NCBI GenBank assembly: GCA_965218795.1 | Contig: OZ244653.1 | Span: 3,232,001 to 3,296,000 of the forward strand | Length of the DNA stretch: 64,000 bases | Source of the DNA: a bacterium | GTDB lineage: Bacteria; UBA8248; JACPRG01; G963555815 | Direction: 5' to 3' | In this document: positions 46,877 through 56,917 of the stretch, piece after piece | Position numbering within the stretch: the first letter of the stretch is position 1 | How the letters are laid out: each line of letters starts with the position of its first letter | Notes under the pieces: generated by a model | Database searches by the model: none | Seen by the model: the letters and a program-made list of their open reading frames with translations, nothing else | Told to the model about the DNA's origin: nothing | Translations under genes and position numbers: made by a program

Positions 46877-47734
46877 ATGGAGCCCGACTCCGGCTCGGCG
46901 CCGGGACGCGTATCCCTGTTAGTCACTTGCCTCGTCGACCAGTTCTTCCCCGAGGTCGGGGAAGCCGTCGTGCGGGCGCTCCGCGGCTACGGCGTGGGGG
47001 TCGACTGCCCCGCCGGGCAGACATGCTGCGGTCTGCCCCATTACAATAACGGGTTTCCCGATGAAGCGCGCCGCCTGGCGTTGCGGAATCTCGATCTGTT
47101 CACAGGGAATTCCCCCGTCGTAGTTCCCTCGGGCTCCTGCGGCTGGATGTGCAAGTGCGTCTACCCCTCACTCTTCGAAGACGATCCATGGACTCGGCCG
47201 AGGGCAATCCAGTTCAGTGAGCGGGTGAGCGAGCTGTCCGCTTTCCTGACGGATCACCCGGCCGCGGAAACGGCCGGCCCCGGGGGCGGAAGCCCTCCAG
47301 GGAAAGTCGCTTACCATCACTCCTGCCACGCCCTTCGAGGCCTTGGCCTCCGCGATGAACCCAAGGACTTACTCTCGCGGGTTCCCGGATGCGAGCTTGT
47401 GGACCTTCCGGGCGAGGACCGGTGCTGCGGGTTCGGAGGGAGTTTCGCTGTGAAGTTCGACGACGTCTCGGCGGCCATTCTCAGGGAAAAACTCGAGGCC
47501 GCCCGGAGCTCCGGCGCGGACGTCCTGGTCACCGCAGACGCGGGATGTCTCATGCAGCTCCGGGGAGGGGCGGGAAAATGGCTGGAATTGGGCCTGGCCG
47601 GGCCCTCGCCCCGCTGCCTTCATCTGGCGGAAATCCTGGCTCCCCCCGCCGAGTCCCCACGCGATGAACCCCCACCCTCGCAGGAGCAAACGGGATCGAG
47701 CCCTTCTGAAGGAAATTCAACCGATGCCCCATAA
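46877..47734 (+). CDS. lutA: Lactate utilization protein A (CCG-domain Fe-S oxidoreductase)
   Basis: LVTCLVDQFFP, QTCCG, YHHSCH, CCGFGGSFAVK and DAGCLMQL. GGAGG RBS. Confidence 0.9.
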   Translation: MEPDSGSAPGRVSLLVTCLVDQFFPEVGEAVVRALRGYGVGVDCPAGQTCCGLPHYNNGFPDEARRLALRNLDLFTGNSPVVVPSGSCGWMCKCVYPSLFEDDPWTRPRAIQFSERVSELSAFLTDHPAAETAGPGGGSPPGKVAYHHSCHALRGLGLRDEPKDLLSRVPGCELVDLPGEDRCCGFGGSFAVKFDDVSAAILREKLEAARSSGADVLVTADAGCLMQLRGGAGKWLELGLAGPSPRCLHLAEILAPPAESPRDEPPPSQEQTGSSPSEGNSTDAP

Positions 47735-49886
47735 AGGCTTCCGCAGACGGGCCCGGACGGCACTCGACGATACCAACCTCCAGGAAGCGTTGCGACGGGC
47801 CACCCATTCCTTTGATACCCGCCGGGCCGGCGCCCTCGCAACGCTGGAGAACTCGGATGCTCTGAGGACGCAGGCCTCGAAAATCCGGTCTGACACTCTC
47901 ACCCACATCGACAGCCATCTGGCCGCACTCACCCAGCGTGTCCAGGCGGCGGGAGGAATCGTACACTTTTGCGACAACCCCGAAGCGGTCCGCCGAACCG
48001 TTTTGGAAATCTCCGAACGGCGGGGCAGGCCGCCCATCATTAAATCCAAGTCCATGGCGACGGAAGAGATTCACCTGAACGCCTCCCTGGAGGCCGCGGG
48101 CCTTTCCCCGGTGGAAACGGACCTGGGCGAATGGATTCTTCAGTTGGCGGGCGAGCCTCCCTCGCACCTCATCGCCCCCGCCATTCACAAGACCACCGAG
48201 CAGATTGCGGACATCTTCAATGACAAGTTCGGGGAATCGCTGCCGCCGACGGAAAACGAAGCCATGACCGCCTTCGCGCGTATGAAGCTGCGGGAGGCTT
48301 TCCTCGCGGCCGGAATCGGCATCAGCGGCGTGAACTTCGCGATCTCAGAGACGGGAACGGTCGTTCTGGTCACAAACGAGGGCAACGGCCGATTGGTCAC
48401 GAGCATTCCCCCCGTTCACATCGCCGTGATGGGGCTGGAAAAGGTCGTTCCGACCGTCGAGGAAGTTTGCCTGTTGCTGAAGCTCTTGGCGCGCTGCGGC
48501 ACCGGCCAGAAGATGACCGCCTATGTGACGATGGTGACGGGGACCGTCCGGGACATGGACCGGGCGGAGGGCCCCGAGGAGTTTCACCTGATCATTCACG
48601 ACGGCGGCCGTTCGGCCCAACTCGCCGGACCTTTTCAAGAAGCCCTGAACTGCATCAAATGCGGCGCCTGTCTCAACGCCTGCCCGGTCTACCGGAAAGT
48701 GGGCGGACACGCCTATGACTCCACGTACCCCGGTCCGATCGGCTCGATTCTCTCGCCCATGTTGTGGGGGCATGAGAGCTCGGGAGATCTCCCGTATGCC
48801 TCCTCCCTCTGCGGCGCCTGTCTGGACGCCTGCCCGGTCAAAGTGGACATCCCCCGTATGCTTCTGGAGATGAGGGCCTCGGCGACGAAACAGAAGGACA
48901 CGCCCTGGATGGAGCGCGCGCTCTTTCGAACGGGTGGGTTCATCCTGCGGCACGCCTGGGTCTATCAGGCGGTCACCTGGACGGCATCGAAGATTCAGCG
49001 ACCGTTCGCGGCGGACGGGGGCCTCACTTGGGCGCCTTGGCCGGTCAGCCGCTGGACTCGTAAACGGTTGTTCCCGGCCCTTGCCGGCCGCTCCTTCCAG
49101 TCCCGGTGGAAGGCGCTGCAATGGGAAGAGCCCGTCCCATCCGGGCGGGTGCCGTCGGGCGAGGGGAGCCGGTCGTCAAACGGACAGACCCCGCCGATGA
49201 TTCGGCGGGCCGCGCGGTCGCTTGAAACCGGCGTTCCGCATGCCAGCGGACTCCGGATCCAGCCCGTGCCTCCGCCGCCGGGGGACCGTCCCGAGCGATT
49301 TTGTGTTGAGCTGGAAGCAGTGAACGGAAAGGCCTACCGTGCGGGCGGACTGGCGGAGGCCTCCCGGACCGTAGCCGAGATCATCCGGGAAAAGCAGGTC
49401 CGGACCCTGGCCTGCTGGGATACGCCCATGCTGCGGATCCTGGAAGGGGCCGTTGCGGCGGAGGGATGTAACGCCGAATGGCTCTGGGGAGCCGGCCGTC
49501 ACTCGGATTTCGATCGGTTGAAGACGGCGGACTTGGGGATCACCGAAGCGGATTTCGGCATGTCTGCGTCGGGGACGCTGGTCTTGCTCGCCAAGCCGGG
49601 ACGGTCACGCCAGGTTTCCCTATTGCCCGAGACGCATCTCGCCCTCCTGCCGGAGAACCGTCTCATCGAGGGCCTGGAGGATCTTCCCGAAATCATTCTC
49701 GACACGTTCCGCCCGAAGAACGGGCCGAACGGCATTCAGGCGATCGATTTCATCACGGGACCCAGCCGGAGCTCGGACATCGGCATGATTCCGACGCTCG
49801 GGGCCCACGGGCCCAAGGAGGTTCACGTCATCCTGCTAAGGGGCGATTCGCACGAGGGGAATCCGCCGGGGGAAGAACCCGCTTGA
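47724..49886 (+). CDS. lutB: Lactate utilization protein B fused to a LutC (LUD) domain
   Basis: KSKSMATEEI, ETDLGE, TNEGNGRL, CIKCGACLNACPVY and CGACLDACPVK. C-terminal LUD domain ends ITGPSRSSDIGM...GAHGP. Confidence 0.9.
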   Translation: MPHKGFRRRARTALDDTNLQEALRRATHSFDTRRAGALATLENSDALRTQASKIRSDTLTHIDSHLAALTQRVQAAGGIVHFCDNPEAVRRTVLEISERRGRPPIIKSKSMATEEIHLNASLEAAGLSPVETDLGEWILQLAGEPPSHLIAPAIHKTTEQIADIFNDKFGESLPPTENEAMTAFARMKLREAFLAAGIGISGVNFAISETGTVVLVTNEGNGRLVTSIPPVHIAVMGLEKVVPTVEEVCLLLKLLARCGTGQKMTAYVTMVTGTVRDMDRAEGPEEFHLIIHDGGRSAQLAGPFQEALNCIKCGACLNACPVYRKVGGHAYDSTYPGPIGSILSPMLWGHESSGDLPYASSLCGACLDACPVKVDIPRMLLEMRASATKQKDTPWMERALFRTGGFILRHAWVYQAVTWTASKIQRPFAADGGLTWAPWPVSRWTRKRLFPALAGRSFQSRWKALQWEEPVPSGRVPSGEGSRSSNGQTPPMIRRAARSLETGVPHASGLRIQPVPPPPGDRPERFCVELEAVNGKAYRAGGLAEASRTVAEIIREKQVRTLACWDTPMLRILEGAVAAEGCNAEWLWGAGRHSDFDRLKTADLGITEADFGMSASGTLVLLAKPGRSRQVSLLPETHLALLPENRLIEGLEDLPEIILDTFRPKNGPNGIQAIDFITGPSRSSDIGMIPTLGAHGPKEVHVILLRGDSHEGNPPGEEPA

Positions 49887-50071
49887 CATGAACCGCCTCC
49901 ATGAGACTCATATTCTGTAAACTGTGGCGGCTTCGGCGTAACTTCTTGATTCTGACATCAAGGGCACCTTGATAAGCAGGGGCGACGGGGTTCACCCAAC
50001 CCTGTCTGAGAACGCATGGGCCGGGTCCAGGCAAATCGCCGAATTTCGGCCTATCGGCTGGAGGAGACACC

Positions 50072-51121
50072 ATGTCGGACAATCCACTCGGGGCGGCCAT
50101 CGTGGGTATCGGATGGTGGTCATCGCCGACCGCCAACGCCATCAAAGGCAACCCGAAATACAATCTCGTGACCTGCTACTCGCGAACCGCTGACAAGCGC
50201 AAGGCTTTCGCCGAACAATATGAATGCGGGGATTCGGAGAGCTATGAAGCCGTCCTGGCGGACGCCGAAGTCGAGGCTGTCATCCTGACGACCCCCAACT
50301 CGGTGCACGGCGAGCAGATTCTTCAGGCCATCGACGCCGGCAAGCACATCTTCGTCGAAAAACCCATCACGAACACCCTCCCCGAAGCCAGGCAAGTGGT
50401 CGATGCCCACAAGGGCTCCGGCCTCACCCTCATGTCGGGCCATTGCTACCGCCGGAACGGCGCACACCGGGCGGTCCGGCGGCTGATCGACGAGGGCCGC
50501 CTGGGCAAGCTCATCATGACCGAGTGCAACTTCAGCGTCGGGGTCGGAGCCTCCCTCACGCCGGACAAATGGCGGTACTTCGATGCGGAATGTCCCGGAG
50601 GTCCGCTCACGCAGATCGGCATCCACCATGCGGACACGATGGAGTACCTGTTCGGCCCCATCCGGTCCGTCAGCGGACGATTCAGCAAACTGGACACGCC
50701 CGCCGAGGTGAACGACGTCCATATGACGACCGTCGAGTATGAAAACGGCGCCTTGGGCTATATGGGGTGCAGCTTCGCGGTGCCAATGGTCTATACGTTC
50801 AATGCGCTCGGCAACGAGGCGTCCGTCTTCATGGCGGCCGACCGGACCAACCCCGCCGCCACTTCTGAAATCGATCAGAAGGCGGATATCTATCTCAAAG
50901 AAAAGGGAAACCCGGAAAGGGTTCCCGTGGATGTCGACCCCGCCGACATGACATACGAGCAAATGGATGAATTCGCCGACTGCGCCCGCACCGGAAAGGA
51001 ACCCGAGACCGGCGTCAAGGAAGGCGTACGGGCCGCCGCCTTCGTTCACGCGGCCATTCGATCCTCGAAAGAGGGCCGGCCGGTGGACATCGCCGACATG
51101 TTGGAAGGGATCGATCTGTAA
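50072..51121 (+). CDS. Gfo/Idh/MocA family oxidoreductase
   Basis: Motifs VGIGWW, AGKHIFVEKP and GGPLTQIGIHHAD. Confidence 0.92.
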   Translation: MSDNPLGAAIVGIGWWSSPTANAIKGNPKYNLVTCYSRTADKRKAFAEQYECGDSESYEAVLADAEVEAVILTTPNSVHGEQILQAIDAGKHIFVEKPITNTLPEARQVVDAHKGSGLTLMSGHCYRRNGAHRAVRRLIDEGRLGKLIMTECNFSVGVGASLTPDKWRYFDAECPGGPLTQIGIHHADTMEYLFGPIRSVSGRFSKLDTPAEVNDVHMTTVEYENGALGYMGCSFAVPMVYTFNALGNEASVFMAADRTNPAATSEIDQKADIYLKEKGNPERVPVDVDPADMTYEQMDEFADCARTGKEPETGVKEGVRAAAFVHAAIRSSKEGRPVDIADMLEGIDL

Positions 51122-51302
51122 GCCGGAGCATTTCGCAAACCAATCAGGCCGATTCCGTTGAATCCTGAAGAAAGCGATTCGGTTCTCCGACTCCGAAATC
51201 AGGAATCCTATCCATTCGAGAGAGGCCGCTGACCGGTATCTCCCGCGGGCATCATGAATTTTCAGCTTTGCAAAACACACAACCCATCAGGAGACCCTGC
51301 GC

Positions 51303-52196
51303 ATGATCAAGAACATTGCATTCATTGGATTGGGCAATATGGGGACGCCCATCTCCCGCCATTTGATGGCAGCCGGCTTCACCGTCAGCGGTTACGACGT
51401 TGTCGATGAAAGGATGGCCGCCCTTCAGGCCGACGGTTTGCGCGCCGCCTCATCGCCCGCCGACGCAGCCCGGGACGCCGACGCCGTCTTCACCATGCTG
51501 ATGCGGCCCGAGATCATCAAGGACGTCCTCTACGGGGAACAGGGGGTCGTCCACGGGGCCAAACCCGGCGCCATCCTGACCGATATGAGTACAATGTCCC
51601 CCGCTTTTCAGAAGGAGCGGTTCGCGGAGCTGGCAAAACGGGGCTTCCGGCCCTTTGAGGCGCCCGTCAGCGGGTCGGTCCCTCATGCAGAGACCAAAGC
51701 GCTCACCATCATGGGAGGCGGAGACGAGGTGGTCTTTGACGAGCTGAAGCCCGTCTTTGAGACCTTCGGGAAGAACGTTTACCTCATGGGGGAGGGAGGC
51801 AAGGGGACCTTGATGAAGCTTTTGACCAACCTCATCCTGGGCGTCAACCTGTCCGGGCTCCTGGAAGGACTGATCCTCGGCGAGAAGGGAGGACTCGCTC
51901 TCAAGCGGATGCTGGATATTCTTCGGACGGGCGCGGCCTTCTCCACGGTCATGGAGTTCAAGTATGAGCTGCTCACCGGGCGGGACTTCGGCGGGGAGGG
52001 CCTCCAGGGCTCCACCGAGCTACTCACCAAGGACATGCGCTACGCCCTGCAAGCGGGGGATGAACTGGGCGTTCCGCTTCCGCACGTCTGCCTCACGCTC
52101 CAGGACTTGATCTCCTCCGGGTCGCAGGGGAACCTGCATAAAGACTACTCGGTCCTTCTGGAGGTTCTGGAATCCCGCGCGGGGATATCAGGGTAA
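51303..52196 (+). CDS. Beta-hydroxyacid dehydrogenase (3-hydroxyisobutyrate/GlxR/Hgd family)
   Basis: Motifs FIGLGNMG, EAPVSGS, MKLLTN and KDMRYAL. Confidence 0.9.
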   Translation: MIKNIAFIGLGNMGTPISRHLMAAGFTVSGYDVVDERMAALQADGLRAASSPADAARDADAVFTMLMRPEIIKDVLYGEQGVVHGAKPGAILTDMSTMSPAFQKERFAELAKRGFRPFEAPVSGSVPHAETKALTIMGGGDEVVFDELKPVFETFGKNVYLMGEGGKGTLMKLLTNLILGVNLSGLLEGLILGEKGGLALKRMLDILRTGAAFSTVMEFKYELLTGRDFGGEGLQGSTELLTKDMRYALQAGDELGVPLPHVCLTLQDLISSGSQGNLHKDYSVLLEVLESRAGISG

Positions 52197-52221
52197 CATG
52201 ACAGGGGCCGGCCGAGACTTC

Positions 52222-52327
52222 CCGCTGATAAGGCCATTTCAGGCTCGTGCGCCACGGAGGTCCTGATGGAGGCGTTACTCCTGATCCGCGAAACGACGGG
52301 CGCGCCAGCGTCCGAAAAGCCCCCCCG
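52222..52327 (-). repeat. Palindromic intergenic element, copy C (more diverged)
   Basis: Reverse complement reads CGGGGGGGCTTTTCGGACGCTGGCGCGCCCGTCGTTTCGCGGATCAGGAG...CCGTGGCGCACG...TGAAATGGCCTT, matching copies A and B. Confidence 0.72.
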
Positions 52328-52353
52328 ATTCATCGAAATTCTTTCAAGAGCCC

Positions 52354-52944
52354 TCACCGGGCGTGATGGTCGATACCCTTGTAGGCCTCGATGAATCTGA
52401 CGATGCGCTCCTCGTCGAACTCTTCGAGACGGTCGATGCGCTGCCATGCCGTCAACGCGACGAGGGGCTTCATATCGAAATAAGGCGCGACGATGACATA
52501 CTCGGGATAGCGGAGAACAATCGCCTCAATCTTCCGGACAAGCTCCGGACAGTCCCGGCACCGGTAATTGATGATCACCCCCCCGTCCTCCAGGCCATGA
52601 GCCTGCAATCCCTTGAGGAGAGCGCTTTTGTGGATGCCCCAGCGGGGGCGGGGATCATAATGGCTGCCCGATGTCGGCGGATCCGTGTTGTAGGGGAACA
52701 TCTCGGCGGATCCCATCGGGACGTGGCGATTCCCCTGACTGGGATGAAACTCCCCGGGCTGCCCGCGGGACGCCCAGGTGAAAATTCCAAAGGCCGCCGC
52801 AAGCAAAACGACGACGCCCCCCGCGTAGGAAAAAAACTTTCCGCTCTTTCGGGATTTCGTCCAGTGATCCGCCTGCTTCAGCCGGCCCGACCGGGATTCC
52901 TTCCGTTGCTGCCGCCTTCTCTCCTTGCGTGATGTATTTGTCAT
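52354..52944 (-). CDS. DUF3105-family membrane-anchored protein
   Basis: TM helix, then YNTDPPTSGSHY, HGLEDGGVIINY.C..CPEL and ALTAW. Confidence 0.85.
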   Translation of the reverse strand: MTNTSRKERRRQQRKESRSGRLKQADHWTKSRKSGKFFSYAGGVVVLLAAAFGIFTWASRGQPGEFHPSQGNRHVPMGSAEMFPYNTDPPTSGSHYDPRPRWGIHKSALLKGLQAHGLEDGGVIINYRCRDCPELVRKIEAIVLRYPEYVIVAPYFDMKPLVALTAWQRIDRLEEFDEERIVRFIEAYKGIDHHAR

Positions 52945-53097
52945 GAGCCGGTCTTCTTCAAAAGGGTCTGGCGAGCGGTTCAACCGTCGGACAGGCCTCG
53001 ATCCACACTGCCCACCGGATCTTCCAGGAGTCATTCATCTTGAGCCAAGCGATATGCCGTTTCATCCCGAGCGGAAATCGCATCGTCCGGATTCCGT

Positions 53098-53649
53098 TCA
53101 AGCCTGCCATCGGCCCCGGAGCCAGGAGATGATCCGCTCCGGGATGGCCTCCAGCGCGTCATAGGCGACCAGCGTCACGAGGTCCGGGGCCTCGTACTGC
53201 AGCTGGATAATGTTGGTCAGATTCGTGCCGGCTTGCGCGCTGTCCGGGTGATAGAAGCCCAGGATAGGTTTTTCGTCCCGGATGAATCGCATGGTGTTTA
53301 CACCGGATCCAAGGCCCGCTTCATCGTAGCAATAGATGGCGGCCCGGGCCTCGTTCCGAAACCGGGCGTCCCGAGCGAGGACGAATTCGGCCAGTACTTC
53401 CCGTTCGTCCCAACCGTCCCGGTGCTGCTCCAGATACGGTCTCCAATCCTTATCGTAATACTCAACGGGGTCGCAGACCTTGATGGCCAATGCCTTCGCA
53501 TCAAGGTCTGGAAATTGGTTACGGTAATATCGATGCCTTGTGTCGTAACCCAGACCGGACTTTTCCAGGGCCAGGATGGCGGCGACCTTGAACGACCGCG
53601 TCGTTTCGGTCGCGTGCATCCCCTTCCCACTGACGTAGCACGGGATCAT
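53098..53649 (-). CDS. Hypothetical protein with a nucleoside 2-deoxyribosyltransferase-like fold
   Basis: CYVSG strand, RD..F...A.AAI...DEAGLGSGVN...KPILGFY. Start uncertain. Confidence 0.55.
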   Translation of the reverse strand: MIPCYVSGKGMHATETTRSFKVAAILALEKSGLGYDTRHRYYRNQFPDLDAKALAIKVCDPVEYYDKDWRPYLEQHRDGWDEREVLAEFVLARDARFRNEARAAIYCYDEAGLGSGVNTMRFIRDEKPILGFYHPDSAQAGTNLTNIIQLQYEAPDLVTLVAYDALEAIPERIISWLRGRWQA

Positions 53650-54136
53650 CGAAACCCCAGCCGATCCTGATCCGAGACCTGTTTTCTGCTTCCGGCCAAT
53701 TGCTTCCGCAATATTGTAAGGGTGATCCCAGCCGGTGCAAGCGGCTGGGACAGGGGATTTACTTTGCGAGATCCCATACGCCCGTAGTCCCCGGCTCATT
53801 TCCGGCGCTGATCAACGTCTTCCCCTCCGGACCTTCTCGGAGCAAACCCGTCTCTCCTCTCACCGTTGCTTTTCCAAACCCGGTTGGCATGAGGAAATTC
53901 CTGACCGAACGGCTCAATCCGCAACGATACTCCGTAGCGACGATGCCGCCGGAACCTCCAGGCCCCGGGCAGGTCGTCCGTCAAAATTCATCGGTGTTCA
54001 TACGTATAAAAAAATCCCTGTTCCCGCAAACGATTTCTGTATAATTCTTCAAGGAGTTCTCCTTTCGGAATCCTGTCTCGATGATCCGTTTATTGAAGTT
54101 CGCGCGGCAACGTGCTCTCCGCATGCACGGAAGGGA

Positions 54137-55726
54137 ATGATCATGGAAAAAGTCGACGGAATCGTTATTGGCGCTGGTCACAACGGCCTGATCACGGCGG
54201 CCTATCTGGCCCGTGCGGGACTCAAAATGCTGATCGTTGAGCGGAACCCGGAAATCGGCGGCGGGACGACCACCGATGAGGTGACGCTGCCGGGTTTCCG
54301 ACACAATCTTCACGCGAACTTCCACTTCGGGTGCGTCGATACACCCTGGTTCCGGGATTTGGATCTGAACCGGTACGGGTTTTCCTACATCCTGCCCCCG
54401 GTCATGATCGCCATGACCTGTCAGGACGGGTCCTGCATGACCTTCCATCAGGACCCGGACAAAACGTACGCCTCCATCGCGCGTATCTCGAAGACCGACG
54501 CGGAGACCTTCCGCGAGTTGCACGAGAGGTTCTCCGTCCGGCTGAGGCCGACGATTATGTCGTTCGCTTTTTCACCGCCCCCTGTGGTCGAGGAGAAATG
54601 GAACCAATTCAAGGGGGCCGACGCCGACGCGCTCCGCTCCTACATCGAGCTATCCGTCAATGAGGCCATTGAGAAAACCTTCGAGCACGACAAGGTCCGC
54701 AACTGGTTCCGCCTCATCATTCATGCGCGCACCGTGGATTTCGATACAAAGGGATCGGGCGGCTTTTTGCCCGCTATTTTCTCCGGACTTCACCGGACGG
54801 CGATTGCCATGGGCGGCTCGCTCGAGCTTCCCCGGGCGCTCGTCCGCATCATCGGGGAATGCGGCGGATCCGTCGTGACGGACTCCACGGTCAGAGAAAT
54901 CGTAATGGATTCGGGACAAGCGCGGGGCGTCGTGATGGAGGACGGGACGCGCTATGAGGCGTCAAAGTGCGTGTTGAGCGCCATTGACGCGCCCCAGACG
55001 GTCCGACTGGCGGGGGAGGCGGCCTTTGACGATGACGTCGTCGAGAAAATGAGAAACTGGAAATGGGGGCACCATACCCTTCTGACGATCCACTTGGCCC
55101 TGAACGAGCCCCCGCAATACGCCTCGGCCTCCTTCGACCCCGACATCAATCGCACACTCAACGTTTTCATGGGACCGGAAACCTCGGACGGTTTTTACGA
55201 GAACATGGCGGAACTGGATCAAAATAAAATGCCCTCCCGCCCCATGGGGAACGGGGCGTGCAACACCCTGATCGATCCGACCTACGCGCCGGCGGGAAAG
55301 CACGTGGCCTTTTGGTGGCCGTTCGCGCGGTTCAACCTGGACGGCGACGCCAAAAACTGGGACAACGTCCGGGAGGAGGCGACCCGGCACCTTATCCAGT
55401 CTTGGGGGCGTTATGCCCCGAACGTCAACGAAGACAACATCCTCGGGAGCTACATCTTCACGCCGCTCGACATTTCGCGGAGGAACATCAACATGGAGCA
55501 CGGGGCGGTGCAATCCGGCGCTTACGATCCCGATCAGAGCGGGATCCACAGACCTCACGTCTCGATGTCGAACGCGCGGACGCCCGTTCCGGGCCTTTAC
55601 CTCTGCGGATCGACAACGGGTGCGGGAGGGGGGATGAGCGGAGCGCCGGGCTACAACGCGGCCAACACCGTCGCCGAGGATCTCAAGCTCAAAAAATGGT
55701 GGGAATCCATCACCCCCAAAGTCTAG
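54137..55726 (+). CDS. Phytoene dehydrogenase-like FAD-dependent oxidoreductase
   Basis: IGAGHNGLITAAYLARAG, IGGGT and RTPVPGLYLCGS...GGGMSGAPGYNAA. Confidence 0.9.
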   Translation: MIMEKVDGIVIGAGHNGLITAAYLARAGLKMLIVERNPEIGGGTTTDEVTLPGFRHNLHANFHFGCVDTPWFRDLDLNRYGFSYILPPVMIAMTCQDGSCMTFHQDPDKTYASIARISKTDAETFRELHERFSVRLRPTIMSFAFSPPPVVEEKWNQFKGADADALRSYIELSVNEAIEKTFEHDKVRNWFRLIIHARTVDFDTKGSGGFLPAIFSGLHRTAIAMGGSLELPRALVRIIGECGGSVVTDSTVREIVMDSGQARGVVMEDGTRYEASKCVLSAIDAPQTVRLAGEAAFDDDVVEKMRNWKWGHHTLLTIHLALNEPPQYASASFDPDINRTLNVFMGPETSDGFYENMAELDQNKMPSRPMGNGACNTLIDPTYAPAGKHVAFWWPFARFNLDGDAKNWDNVREEATRHLIQSWGRYAPNVNEDNILGSYIFTPLDISRRNINMEHGAVQSGAYDPDQSGIHRPHVSMSNARTPVPGLYLCGSTTGAGGGMSGAPGYNAANTVAEDLKLKKWWESITPKV

Positions 55727-55742
55727 CCGAATCTTCGTCCGA

Positions 55743-55769
55743 CCTCCGGGGCGAAAACGTCCCGGGAGG
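55743..55769. terminator. GC-rich hairpin between convergent genes
   Basis: CCTCCGGGGCG-AAAA-CGTCCCGGGAGG. No clear U tract. Confidence 0.35.
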
Positions 55770-55777
55770 GCTCGTGC

Positions 55778-56887
55778 TCAAAGCAGGTCTTCCAGCGGCG
55801 TGTATTTCATACCCAGCGCTTCCGCCACGGCCGGAAATACGGTTCGGCCCCGACAGACATTAATGCCCTGACGCAGCATCGGACTTTCCATCGCTCCTTC
55901 GATGCCGCCGTCCGCCAGGGCGACCGCGTACGGCAGCGTGGCATGGCTGAGGGCGTAGGTGGAAGTCCTCGACACCGCGCCCGGCATGTTCGTCACCCCA
56001 TAGTGAACCACACCGTCCACCAAGTACGTGGGCTCTTGATGACTGGTGGGCCGGATCGTTTCCACGCACCCTCCCTGGTCCACGGCGACGTCGACAACCA
56101 CCGACCCGGGTTTCATTTGACGCACCCATTCCGCGGAAACCAGCTTGGGCGCAAGCGCGCCCGCGATATACACCGCTCCGATCAGGAGGTCCGCCTCACC
56201 GATGGCCTTGCGCAGGTTGAACGTATTCGATGCCAAGGTCTTGAGGCGGCCGCCGAACACGTCGTCGAGATAAGAAAGCAGCCTTTGGTTGATATCCAAC
56301 AGGGTCACGTTGGCGCCCATTCCGACCGCCACCTTGGCCGCGTTTTTCCCAACCGTTCCTCCGCCGAGAATCACCACGGAACCGGCTTCCACGCCCGGGA
56401 CCCCCGCCAGGAGAACTCCCCGGCCGCCTTCTGGCACCTCCAGATATTTCGCGCCTTCCTGGATCGACATCCGCCCGGCGATCTCGCTCATGGGCGCAAG
56501 GAGGGGAAACGTTCCGTCGGACAGTTGCATGGTCTCATAAGCGATGGCGTCCACTTGCCTCTGAACCAGGGCATCGGCCAGAGAGGGGTTCGCGGCCAGA
56601 TGCAGGAAGGTAAACAAGAGCAGCTTCTTGCGAAACAGGGGGTATTCCTCCGGCAGAGGCTCCTTCACCTTGAGCACCATCTCAGCACGAGACCAGAGAC
56701 TTCTCGCCTCCTCGACGATTTCCGCGCCGACGGCGGTAAACTCCCAGTCCTCCAGCCCGCTTCCTTCGCCGGCCCCCTTTTGGATGAGGACCTGATGGCC
56801 CGCCTCCGTAAAGGCCTGGACTCCTGCCGGGGTGACGGCGATCCGGAACTCATCCTGCTTTATCTCTTTTGGCACGCCGACAATCAC
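55778..56887 (-). CDS. ald: Alanine dehydrogenase
   Basis: GVPKEIK, LKVKEP, FTFLHLAA, PMSEIAGRMS, DVAVDQGGC and NMPGAVSRTST. Confidence 0.97.
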   Translation of the reverse strand: MIVGVPKEIKQDEFRIAVTPAGVQAFTEAGHQVLIQKGAGEGSGLEDWEFTAVGAEIVEEARSLWSRAEMVLKVKEPLPEEYPLFRKKLLLFTFLHLAANPSLADALVQRQVDAIAYETMQLSDGTFPLLAPMSEIAGRMSIQEGAKYLEVPEGGRGVLLAGVPGVEAGSVVILGGGTVGKNAAKVAVGMGANVTLLDINQRLLSYLDDVFGGRLKTLASNTFNLRKAIGEADLLIGAVYIAGALAPKLVSAEWVRQMKPGSVVVDVAVDQGGCVETIRPTSHQEPTYLVDGVVHYGVTNMPGAVSRTSTYALSHATLPYAVALADGGIEGAMESPMLRQGINVCRGRTVFPAVAEALGMKYTPLEDLL

Positions 56888-56917
56888 GTTCGGATCCCCC
56901 CCGGCGGCGGCTTGGAC

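Noticed and set aside
49979-50040. GGCGACGGGGTTCACCCAACC resembles the 5' half of a fluoride riboswitch
   Set aside because: P1 has a mismatch, the 3' CTRATGAC...CTAC element is missing, and the downstream gene is not fluoride-related.
53735-54136. N-terminal extensions given by the ORF track (also for 26641-27843, 20996-21781, 46712-47734)
   Set aside because: Family homology and RBS positions point to the later starts used in the feature list.
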